Below, piece after piece: positions 24,261-35,417 of a stretch of 64,000 nucleotides of DNA. Within the stretch, counting starts at the first letter, position 1, and each line of letters opens with the position of its first letter. Below the pieces are notes generated by a model. The model ran no database searches and was not told where the DNA came from. It worked only from the letters and a program-made list of their open reading frames with translations. A program made the translations under genes and the position numbers. Source of the DNA: Octopus sinensis (taxonomy: Eukaryota). The DNA lies in contig NC_042997.1 in the NCBI RefSeq assembly GCF_006345805.1, positions 139,934,001 to 139,998,000 on the forward strand, written 5' to 3'.

Positions 24261-25781
24261 TTAGGTACTGAGAGAACACTCAAAGACTATCACAGTTTGG
24301 GGGAACTTGGTTTTCATGATGTCCATGTCACCTCTTACAGCCTTTACAGTGTCCACAGAACATTGAACAGCATTTTTGATATCCAGTATCAGTCATCATG
24401 ACAGAGGTAATTCTTTTCCAATATTCAGATGGCTTCCAGCTCTGTATGTCATTTAACTTTTTTCTCAACTACAACTTCCATCTTTATGCTTTCTAATGTT
24501 GCTGACAGTTCACCAATACATCAAGCTATTCCTGAATAAAGACAAAAAAAATTATCAAAGCTAACTCAAATATCTAGTATGTCTGTATATAGGGGGAGGG
24601 CCTTTCCAAATATACAGACAAATAGTGGAATTAGGAGAATATTAGAGGTTATATGCTATGACTGAACTAGTAAGGATACTCTTTGAGTCTGCATGTATAA
24701 AAAATAATGTCATCATCATTGTCATTTTTGCATCTACTTCTTTCCTGCAGACATGGTTTGGGCAAGATTTTCTGAAGCAGTTTTCTATAGCTGGATACCC
24801 TTCCTGATGCCATACCTTGATTTTACTCAAGTTGCGTGAAAGATGAATTTGTTTTAGTGAAAGACTAAATGTTCTGAAAATGAAACTATTCTTTGCTAAA
24901 GCAGAATAAATCCAAATTAATATAAAACAATCTTTGCAGATGTATAAGATGTAAAATGAATGACATGTTTAAATTAGGTCACACCCTCAAACTCCCACTT
25001 TATAGATGCATTAAGCATTTCAAATAAAGAAATATCAGCTATAATCAGTTATGTATGTATGTAAAAGTGGATTAGCATCAAATTTATATAAAACTACTTT
25101 CACAGTATATGTATCAGCTATATTATGAAATGTAAATGGATATAGTGTTTAGACTTGTTCCCATCCTTAATGTCCCAAGCATTTCAGATTAGCTATATAT
25201 CATACACAATCTGTTTCCCAAAGTACTAAGTACTTCACTTTGTATCTGTAATTCTTGTTTTTATGGGTACAAACACAGGTGTGTGTGTGTGTCTCTTCCT
25301 TTAAAAATATGGTCAGTCTCTGTGGAGAAATCTGATAAAATATTGGAATTACCATTTATCATCAAAGCCTTTGGCTCATGTCCATACCACTTTTCAGTTA
25401 CCTCAAATCCATAGACTTAGCTAATATCCCAATGCAAACTTTTACTGACACAGTCATGCTTCATTTATACTCTTTTTGCACTAATTTGCTACATTCACTG
25501 ATGAGATGGTTAATATCAGGCTTAGTAAAAAGTAAGCAATGTTTTGAAACATGAAATTCATCAGAATATATTTCAACAATGCGGAAATTTTCTTCATGAA
25601 AGTATGTACCAAATGATGACATGCAAATGTGATAACAACTGTCCAGGAAGCTCAAAATCACAGGATGCAAAAGTCAAAGTGTTTGAGATGCAATGTTGGC
25701 TGCTGAGACATGAGCAGTGCCAAGACTTTGCCTGCAAGAGCAGTGAGTAACTTGCAGTGGAAAAAAAAGTGTTGTTAGTCA

Positions 25782-25917
25782 GCAAGAATGGTAGGTCACT
25801 TGCAGAGGCTAGTGTTGTAAGCCTGCAAGAGTGGTAGGTTGCTTGCAGAGGCTAGTATTGTAAGCCTGCAAGAGCGGTGGGACGCTTGCAGAAGCTGGAG
25901 GTGCTAGCATGCAGGAG
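25782..25917 (+). repeat. 43-bp minisatellite, about 3.2 units
   Basis: gcaaga/gcagga anchors at 25782, 25825, 25868 and 25911. Confidence 0.85.
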
Positions 25918-26744
25918 CAATGAGAAAGCAACTAAAATCAAAGAAAAGTGAAAAAAAAAACAGACAACTGGAATGCAAAACAATGTGCAGGCAAAGGAAA
26001 TTTCCAGTCTTTAAAGTAGAGTTCAGTTAAGTCCGAAGTGGCCAATATGCCTAAAAGTGTCATTCACATGGCTGAGGGAGAGAAATAACAGCAACAATTG
26101 CTGTGTCCAATGCAGTGTCATCTTGAGCAGAAGAAATACAAGCTCATGAGAAAGACGAGAAAGCATATTGAGGCAAAGGAAAGGGGATTCATTTTGATGA
26201 TAATAGGAACGGAACGCCACGAAAAACAAGATGGTTGAAAGAAACACCGTTAATAATACCAGTCAAACACCCTAGTTGAAAGAAGACTGAGCAGCGAACT
26301 AGGAAATTTTTTTTGTTTTTGCAATAGCAGAGTATGAAAATAGAAGTCCTTGCTAACGGATAAAGAATAAAACATGGCCAACACGTGTATAATCCTGGTA
26401 GTTGAGAGAAAGAAACTCATACATGGCACGTAAGAAAAGATTGTTGTCCAAGTGAATTCTGGAGAAAATTCCAGATAATTCTTTTTTTCGTTTTTTACAA
26501 GCAAGAAGAATATTCCCCTAGGACAGTGTTTTCAAAGGACCAATTTGTAAATTCAGTTACAACACAAGGAAAAATGATTTGCAGTTTCTCACTTGAAAAT
26601 GGTGCCAAAATTTTCTGGTGAAGAAGACAATATGGCAACAAGGGACATCATGGGATGTTCCTATATGATGAATGGTGGTCTGGTTGTGTAAACAAAGTCG
26701 CGAAGGAGAAAAAAAGGAATACGTATTCACTGGTCAGAATTTGT

Positions 26745-26900
26745 CTGGGGTTCACCATTTTAGAAGGAATTGTAGTGTGCTGCGTCATGCCACCATTTTA
26801 GTTAGTTTAGTGGTCTGGAACGTCAGGGGTCACCATTTTAGATGGATAAGTGTCCGTGCTGCATGGGGGGGGGGTCACCATTATAGATGGATAGGTTGTG
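26745..26900 (+). repeat. Degenerate ~40-bp minisatellite
   Basis: caccatt(t/a)tag at 26753, 26791, 26831 and 26876. Confidence 0.6.
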
Positions 26901-27009
26901 GTGCCATCCAATGTGACTATCCAGAAGGCTGTAATATCATTTGACAGGAAACCCAGTATAAAGAAATACATGGAACAAGGTGGTAACTTTAAATACCTTT
27001 AATGTGGCT

Positions 27010-27010
<1 letters not shown>

Positions 27011-27064
<54 letters not shown>
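27011..27064. repeat. (CA)n(TA)n microsatellite
   Basis: Directly visible. Confidence 0.95.
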
Positions 27065-27068
<4 letters not shown>

Positions 27069-27299
27069 CTGAATAATAAATGGAAATGGTTTGATGTGTG
27101 GAAGCCATGGTCTTCTCCTGTGCATTAGCTCCTATCTGCTACTGGCGGGTGGTGTGAGAGAGAGAGCTAGTTAGGTTACGTCTTCACAGTCTTGTGTCCC
27201 AATGCAGAAAGAGATAGAGGTAAGTGTCTAAACCTTAGTACCCTCTATTGTTCAATTAATTAGGGCACTGTCGTCAGGGGAGGTAACTGTGCCTACAGA

Positions 27300-27745
27300 A
27301 TTGTTAGCACATCAGACAATAAATGCTTAATGGTATTTCTTCTGGCTTTGTGTGCTGAGTTCCAATTCTGACATCATCAACTTTGCCTTTTATCTTTCAG
27401 GGTTGATACCATAAGTAACAGTTGAGCACTGAAGTTGATGTTTTTACACTTAACCCTTCCCCCAAAATTGGCTTGCCTAGTGCCAAAATCTGAAACCATT
27501 ATTATTATTATTATTATATAAGATGGCAAGCTGGCAGAATTGTTAGGATGCTGGACGAAATGCTTAGTGGTATTTCACCCATCACTATGTTCTGAGTTTA
27601 AATTCTGCCAAGGTCAACTTTGCTTTCATCCTTTCAGGGTCAATAAACTAAATACCAATTATGCACTGGGGTCAATGTAATTGACTATCCCCCTCCCCCA
27701 AATTTAAGGCCTTGTGCCTATAGTAGAAAGGATTATTATTATTAT
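27300..27745 (+). mobile_element. Two tandem copies of the Deu/Nin-like-core SINE, each ending in (ATT)n
   Basis: caactttgc.tt.atc.tttcagggt..ata core occurs twice; ATT tails at about 27500-27518 and 27735-27745. Confidence 0.8.
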
Positions 27746-28716
27746 TGGACATTGACAAGAAAGTCATACTTGTCCTTGGATCAGTAAAATTTCAAAATTT
27801 TTCATCTGAATAAGTATATATTTTTGTTGAAAGTTTTTGTTAGTTATACAAAAGAACCAACATGCTTTTTTGCTAAGTCTTTTTGCTCATTTCCCTCAAT
27901 CAATGGAATTGACTGTTTTAAATTTGATATTTACAAAGTTTATTATTTTCTTGGAAGCAAAAAGAAAAAAAGGATCCTCAGGAAGGAATAATAATGTTCA
28001 ACAGAGAGGAATGCCTTAAAGAAGGAGTGGAAGAGAGTGTAGTAGAAATAAAATAAGAGAATGGTAGAGAAATAAATCTGCTGAGTATCATCTCATACTA
28101 CTAGCATAATTGTTGCTGTCATGACAACATCAGTTAGCATTTGTGAAAATTTGCTGTCAGCTGCTAGCACAATGTTCATATAGAGAGAGAAAAATTATCA
28201 GTAACAAAAACATCAACGAAAATAATAGAAACAACAATAATGAGACAACAGCAACAATAGCATTGCCATCACCTGCTTGAGTTGATCAAAGATTACAGTA
28301 AAAAACACCACCACCTCTACCAACTATAGCATCACTTCCACATTTGTTCTTACTAAGGTAGTTGACAAACCTAACAAAAACAACAGCCACACCAGCAATT
28401 CACAGAAATAACTACATCTCATCCATTACTGCCTACAAAGTAGCATCATTTGCTAATGCAATTTAAAGCTGGATCAAAATTTCACTGTTTGCTGAGACAT
28501 TTTCTTTGCAATGCCAGAAGCAAAAATGGAAGTGATTTAAAGAAAGACCTTCATTTATAAATGTATTAATAGAAAGATGAAAAAAATTTACACTACCTCA
28601 GCACAAACTGAGAAATGCATGAAGAACACGTAGGGGTTTCAAATGGCATGTTAGAAAAAGGAGACAATATAGGATGGTGCTGGCTCTAGACCTAAAAGAA
28701 AAAGAAGAAAAAAGAT

Positions 28717-29117
28717 GGATCTTTTCGGTTTGAATGGCAGTTTTTTCTAGCAGTGTCATATGAAATTGTCACCCATAATTATGACCCTAGTATCGATCTA
28801 TTGCATTTCTATCTGTTTTAGGGTTAGAGGTGGGGTGAAGGGTATTTTTTTCTTCACAAATGTAAATAAACCCAATCTATTTCTTAAACGAGGGACATAT
28901 TCATACGGCACAGAATGTTTTCACCTCAAATAGACGCCATTGATTGGTTGAAATTGCAGAAATTGAAGAAAAAAACAACAAATATCTTACAAACTATAGA
29001 ATTTTCTCAATAAAGCCAAGAGAAAAAGAAGATGTTTTATAAACACATTCTAACAGTATATGAAGTTTAAAATTTTTTAGTTACCTAGAAATTATGTTAA
29101 AAACTGCCGTTCAAACC
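28717..29117. mobile_element. MITE with GG-starting TIRs and 8-bp TSD (Merlin- or MULE-like)
   Basis: Left TIR ggatcttttcggtttgaatggcagttttt, right aaaactgccgttcaaacc. aaaaagat flanks both ends (28709-16, 29118-25). The last ~10 bp of the right TIR are missing. Confidence 0.75.
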
Positions 29118-29195
29118 AAAAAGATAACTGCACACACATTCCTCTGTTGAAAGCTATTGTTTTTTTATATAACATTTAGTGATGTTAGGACTAAA

Positions 29196-29470
29196 TACAA
29201 GGGTTGCACCAAAAGTAATGTAAAAGCTAAGATAGGCAATTCAGATTCCATTTGTTGTTCTTCTCTAGTAACTCTTCTTCTTTGTCACAAGTAACTCATG
29301 GGTGCCGAGCAAAAGCAATAAGTTGTTACTGAGTTCTTGACAAAGGAGGAGTGTAGACTGTCCAACATCCACAGAAAGCTAGTTTTTTTTTTAGAGATAT
29401 GACACTATCGACAAGAGTAATGTGCACAAATGGATGAAGAAATTTAGGACAAGGGAATTTGGCTCTGATT
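29196..29470 (+). mobile_element. 5' end and HTH of a mariner (irritans-like) relic
   Basis: TA-caagggttgcaccaaaagtaatg TIR-like start. Encodes KQ*VVTEFLTKEECRLSNIHRKL...IDKSNVHKWMKKFR. Confidence 0.65.
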
Positions 29471-29961
29471 TGCTAGAAGCATTTGAAACCAACGAAGATA
29501 TTTTTTACTTCCCAATCTGGTGATGGGATAAAACATGGAGGTATTTTTATGGTTCAGAAAGAAGGCTTTTGATGATAAGCACCTCTTAACATGAAGGAAA
29601 AAATGCCTTCTAATCAAAATACCAGTCCCAACAAATGGCAATGTATCATTATAATATTAAAAAAATGTAACTTTTGAAGTATGAAGATCTGGAGATAGAG
29701 ATAACCCAAATGCAGAATCTGAAGGTAAAAACAATTCCTGTAATAATAAGTACTTGAGATATGGTCAAAAAACATAAAAATACATAACCAAAACACAGGA
29801 ACTTATGAATTTATATAAAATATATAGAGAAAATAGCACTGCTAGGTACAGCACACTTTCAGTATGATAATAAAAACGCCCAAACAAACAACCTAAGGAA
29901 CACAAAGATGTGCTCTGTAGTGCAGTAAAAATGCACAATAAAAATTAGACTACTAAATAAT

Positions 29962-30183
29962 AATCCTTTCTACTATTGGCAAAAGGTCTGTAATTTGGTG
30001 GGAGGGGACTGGCCAATTTACATCAACACCAACACTTGACTGGTACTTATTTTATCAATCTCCAAAAGAATGAAAGACAAAGTTGATAGTGGCAGAATCT
30101 GAACTCAGAACATAAAAAGCCAGAAAAAATTCTGTTAAGTATTTTGTCTGGCACAGTAACAATTCTGTCAGCTTGCCACCTTT
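29962..30183 (-). mobile_element. Deu/Nin-like-core SINE, minus strand
   Basis: Reverse-complement match to the 27520-27745 copy. Confidence 0.8.
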
Positions 30184-30699
30184 TGAGTTTATTGTACAGT
30201 GCTCAGACGCACTACAACTAATCAGAAATGGGTGAAAAAAGGGACAGAAAGTAGAAATAAGTCAAGTAAAGAAATACAGTAATGATAGCCAAATGTACAT
30301 GCATAGTACATAAGATTAAGCATAAGAAGTCAGTAATGCGAACAGTGAAAGAGCTAAAAAGAGGAAAGGTACACAGGCATGACATGTAGTATTGATGAAT
30401 TTCAGGAAGCATGGAATTTTTGAAGGATACAGTGTTCTTAGAGTTAACAAGTGATGCAGGTAGTTTATGACAGGTTTCAACAATTCTGAATAAGAAAAAT
30501 GTTTCTGAAAGTCATGAGTGTGACACAGTTTTTTCATTTTATAAGCATGTCAACAGGTGATAAAGATATTTAATCCAAAAAGGTGGCCAAAGTTGTTATT
30601 AGAAAGTCTTGTGGACTTCTATCATCTCAGTTGGTAAACACCAAAGCTTTTGTGTGTTTACCCAGAGAAGCATGATGTCCAGGATATGGAAATGGATTG

Positions 30700-31300
30700 A
30701 TGGATATTACTCATCTGGTTGCCTTTCTCTAGACAACTTCCAGTAGATTAATATGCAGGACAAGACTGGGTGTGGTTCCAGATTGGAGCACAAAATGCAG
30801 ATGTTTCACAGCAATATATAGTTTTAAAAACATAGCCTGTATGTAACTGACAAAAGTGTTACTGAGTAATGCTCAGACATCTTTAGTCTTTTCGATGACA
30901 ATGATACCCAAGTTACATTCACCAGCAAATTTCTTAAAGTTGGTGTTGTGGAAGGAGAAGGTAAATCCAGGTTTTTCCTCCTAGAATTATAGTGGTGCAC
31001 TTGTCTACAGCCAGCTTGAATTGCCAACCTATGACAGCATTGTATCCTGGCTGACTTGCCAAAAATTTCAATCGTCTATAGGAGCCAATTGTTCTTTTTG
31101 TCTCAAGACACAGCATAATGTCATTTGCGTATTTCATCACAGTAGCATGCTTCAAGTTGTTATCTATTTTGTTAATATCAAACCAAATGCAGCATAGCAA
31201 AGGAAGAATTTAGAAGATACTCGCTGAATAAGGTCCTCATATTCCTTGGTTGCAGCAATGTGCATCTCACATGCACAATTTATAACCACTTAAGGGATAA
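30700..31300 (-). pseudogene. CR1/L2-group RT relic
   Basis: KYANDIMLC (decayed YADD) and WQFKLAVDKCTTIILG (cf. W.L.LN..KC..L..G). Confidence 0.65.
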
Positions 31301-31509
31301 ATTAGAACAGGATTTATTGTCAGACCTGCTGAATTACTAGAAAAAGAAAGTATAGGCATTTTTTTTTTAGTTGGAACTAAAAATCAAATAACTTTTTCAA
31401 AATTGTCATATGAATAGTTTAAATATTGATTTAGAATACACTAATGAGCTCAGGATAATAACTTCAATGCAACACATCAACATTACATTGCACTCTTTGG
31501 GGAAGCAGG

Positions 31510-31885
31510 TTTTCTAGTTTCCTATTAGTCCATCAGAGATTCCACTGTAACTTTTACACATCAAGTTCTTACTACTTCATTTCTAAATATCAGGTTAGAA
31601 CACTTCCCAAATGACACTGAGATTAGCATTTTGGTCTTTGGAATTTTTCTCTGACTCCTTACTATGAGAACATACCAATTAGCTTACAGTAGTTCTCAAT
31701 GATAACCATTCTTGAACACTTGTTTCATAGTGTCAAGAACTAAAATAAACAGAAGGCCAAGAACAGAGTCTTGGTGAGCATCTACTTGTACACTAAAATC
31801 TTCACTGAACTCACTGCCGATTCTAATCTTTCTTATGACATCTTCATATATTGTATGACGTTCATCTATACCTAGATTTCTTCCT
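31510..31885 (-). pseudogene. Inverted duplicate of part of the adjacent RTE relic
   Basis: Reverse complement of about 32870-33280, sharing the same stop codons. Confidence 0.8.
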
Positions 31886-32089
31886 TGTAAGAGATTGTGG
31901 CATTACCATACATATAAACTTTATACTGGATCTGTGCGGTTAATTTGACATTCAGGAGAGCAAGAAAGTCCAGTTGATCCAATAATTATTTATTACTAAT
32001 TAGAGAAGTGCTGCAGAACAATACATAAATTCCTGGCAAGTTCAGATTACAACATGGTTTTGATACTCATTTGACTCTTAACTTTGTTA

Positions 32090-33760
32090 TGCATTGGAAC
32101 TATGCTATGAAAAAGGCCCTAACAAATTCTATCTGAGACATACAAGCTTGGAAAAGTGGACATTAATTGATGATGATTATGATGATATAGGAGGAAGGAG
32201 GAGACAGAAACTTAAAATTTGGAGGACAACTGGGAGTTTTTACAAGACAACCTGCTGTGAGCAACAGATCAGATCTGTGACTGAGGTAAAGTTCTAATGA
32301 GATGATAGATAACATGGTGGTTGAATAGTACAGTGAATACGGCTACAGTAATTAAGAAGTAAGCTGGAAAAGACTGGAATAAATAAGAAGTAAAGAAAGC
32401 ATTATGGAAGAGCTACAGTGTAAGTTTGTTAGAAAAATACAATGTATAGTTGAGAGAGGGACAATACCAAGTAGACTCAGCAGAAGGACTAGCCATTAAA
32501 GTTGAAAGCTATGCATTAGAAAAGCTGAGTTTAGAAGAAAGGCAGTTAGACCATCTGGTGTGGTCACTAAAATGCTTAAAATAACTGGCAAAGTAGGTCT
32601 CCTGCATTGCCATTCAAGTGTTACAGGGAGGTGGTATTATGAAATTGATTTCTTCTAATGCTCAGGAGGGTCCTTCAAAATAGCTGACATTTTTTGTTAC
32701 TTAGGTAACCTAATTAGCAATCTGATTTTGTGTGAGAAAGTAGAATTAAATATACCATATTTATAGTTAAATGACTTGAAGAAAGTTCTCAACTAAGAAC
32801 AAACTAGGCTATTTTACATTTGTTGGTCTAAAGAAGAAAACTGACAGGGTTGTTCTGTAGCTTAACAAATACTAAGAAAACTAGATATAGATAAATGTCA
32901 TACAATATATGAAGATGTCATAGGAAAGGTTAGAATCAGCAGTGAGTTCAGTGAATATTTTAGTGTACAAGTAGATGCTCACCAAGGCTCTGTTCTTGAC
33001 CTGTTTATTTTAACTCTTGACATTATGAAACAAGTGTTCTAGAATGGTGATCCTTGAGAACTACTGTAAGCTGATTAGTGTGTTCTCATAGGAGTCACAG
33101 AAAAATTCTAAATACAAAAGTAATGTTTGGAATCCAAAGACCTAAAAGTGAAAAAATAGCAAAATGCTAATCTCAGTGTCATTTGGGAAATGTTCTAACT
33201 TGATGTTTAGAAATGGAGCAGTAAGAACTTGATGTGTAAAAGTTACAGTGGAATCTCTTATGGTCTGATAGGAAACCAGAAATTGATGATGAGAGAGATG
33301 CACAATAGTAGTTAACAGTACAAACATGCAGGAAATAAAGTCCATGGACTATCCAGATGGCTCATAAGACATTGTTGATAGTTTGTTGCCTAGGTGATCC
33401 AATCAATGTCAGATAATAAACACAGTGGCAAGAGAAATGAAGTAGTAGGAGTTCAAGACGTTGTTGCTTATGTTGACAACAAAAGATGCTATTTTGATAT
33501 TAAAGTAGATTCTATGAAACAGGCATATGATTTGTGATGTTGTAAAGTAGTAAAACATTGGTGTTGTAAGCAGATGATCAATAAAAGTGGAGAGAAATAA
33601 GGCATGCATAATCTACTGGGTTTGTAATAAAAAATTGCATGAAAGATAAAGTTAAAGTGAGCCATGAGAATGGCTGGGCATTAGAAATATCAGCCAAAGA
33701 GTAATGGTAAAAAAAAAAGTGCAATAAGTGCTGAAGCAAAAATTATTATGATTGAGATGG
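32090..33760 (+). pseudogene. RTE-clade LINE relic
   Basis: Fragments FLQDNLL*ATDQIC, TWWLN, RPSGVVTKMLKITGKVG, EFSEYFSVQVDAHQGSVL and P*ELL*AD (cf. VGVHQGSVLSP...PWELLYADD). Confidence 0.75.
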
Positions 33761-34680
33761 AAGCTCCATAAAAAACAAATAATGAATAACTGAAAAGAAT
33801 GGTGGTAAGCTATTAGCAGACACAACCAACATGGAGATATAGATGTTTAAACATTGATGATGATAATGGAAGTGTGTGCATAGGCAGGGAGATATATATA
33901 GAAATGAAAAATAGACCAAAAAATCAGCAGAGGAGGGACTTGTAGAAGAGCTAGGGGTAGAATATGTTGCTTGTATTGTGTTTTCAGTAGAGAGAACAAC
34001 CTATTAAGTTGACAGTATGAGTCAAATGGCCAAGCAGATATGGAATTGAGCTGACAGTTTAAATCTATTGAAAGCATATTTCTTTGTGTATTTCAATGGT
34101 TCTCTAACTCCCTGACCGAAATGAACATTGGTATTACTTGAGATGAGATTGGTATCCTATCTACTTCACATCATAAAACAAGTTCTAAGCACCAATCATT
34201 AAAAACTTAGAGACTAGGAGACATATTTACGAAAGAGGTAGCACTGTATATATTGGTATGTCAAATACTATATAGTGAATATTCTAGATTTATTAAAATT
34301 ACCTTCATGTCTAGAGGATGTATCATACTTACCAATGGCAATCTTGACCAGCTCTACTTGAAAAGGGGAGATTATCTCAAGATACAAGAATTTCTCCAAA
34401 ATTTAAGGAAAAGGACTGGCTTATTGTCTGGAGATAGAACAGTTGTGTTTGTGGACATGTGTTTCTAGCTCCACAGCCCTCATCAGTACAACAATTGCCT
34501 GATCTGATCTCCAGTAGCCAAGAGATTTAGACTTATACAAAATAGTAGAAAACAGCAATGGCCTAAATAATTTGCATAATTTAAGCAAAAATGAGCTAGG
34601 AGAAATAACTGAAAATGTTCAATAGAATATATTTGAGAGAAATTAATAAATTTCAGTATGTGAAATACCATATTTTGAAA

Positions 34681-34722
34681 ACTAGCATTAAAGACCCGTC
34701 ATTGCCGGGTCATAGTGCTAGT
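34681..34722. mobile_element. 42-bp palindrome reading as a Helitron 3' terminus on both strands
   Basis: actagca-ttaaa-gacccg-tcattgc-cgggtc-atag-tgctagt: hairpin plus CTAG|T in either direction. Confidence 0.6.
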
Positions 34723-34829
34723 GCATGTATATATGTGTATATATATGTGTACATATTACATGTACATCTATATATATAAATCTACACATAAAATACAAAA
34801 TACAAAGTTGTATCTTGATATCGCTAGTG

Positions 34830-35167
34830 ATAACAATACTCAAAATATATAACAGACTGGAATTGTTAGCCCGTCTCTTGCAATTTTGATCAATTGTATC
34901 TTGTCCTCCCTCTTGTATAGAAGTGTGGCTACAATCCAGCCTACCTCTACTTCTGGCGGGGGGGGGGCATTTTAAATTTTAATCCGGGACGTCCTACATA
35001 CCAGATATAAAGGTAAAAATAAAATATTTCCACTGTGCAAGTTCGAGTCATGTACTCCCTTGCACGCTCCGTTGACTCAAACCTTGCTTCTATTGTGACG
35101 AATTTACTGCCTCTGATTAGATACCTTTCATAGTCGCACCAAGACACTTTTCGAAGGTGCTTTCCTC
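34830..35167 (-). pseudogene. Older Tx1/L1-type ORF1 relic, downstream part (target of the young LINE)
   Basis: NMEESTFEKCLGATMKGI / YLIRGSKFVTIEARFESTERARE / PPEVEVGWIVATLLYKREDKIQL aligns with residues ~103-200 of the young ORF1. Confidence 0.8.
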
Positions 35168-35417
35168 CATGTTGTTTTATTATTACCCACAAGGGGCGAA
35201 CATAGATAGGACAATACAATCTGATGTGGGGTCAGACACACAAATGGGTTTTTACAATAAAATGAGTTTAAAAATTAACATGAAATTACAAAATACACAC
35301 AAAATCGAATGTTAGAACAGACCGGAAGACATTACGGGTGGAGTGGGTGCGGGTTTAGCTCGGACCCCACGAGCCCCGCCTCCCCACTGATACTTTTGGT
35401 TGCGCTTGGTATTACAT

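Noticed and set aside
24440-24550. Strong minus-strand acceptor tttttttgtctttattcag at 24532
   Set aside because: All three frames stop within 8 codons and no donor was identified. It could only be a UTR exon, which is unsupported.
25782-25917. CRISPR-like array (dyad-containing repeats)
   Set aside because: Units are head to tail with no unique spacers, there are no cas genes, and the context is eukaryotic.
27763-27810. Possible 36-nt minus-strand exon (MKNFEILLIQGQ)
   Set aside because: Weak pyrimidine tract and donor; expected by chance in AT-rich DNA.
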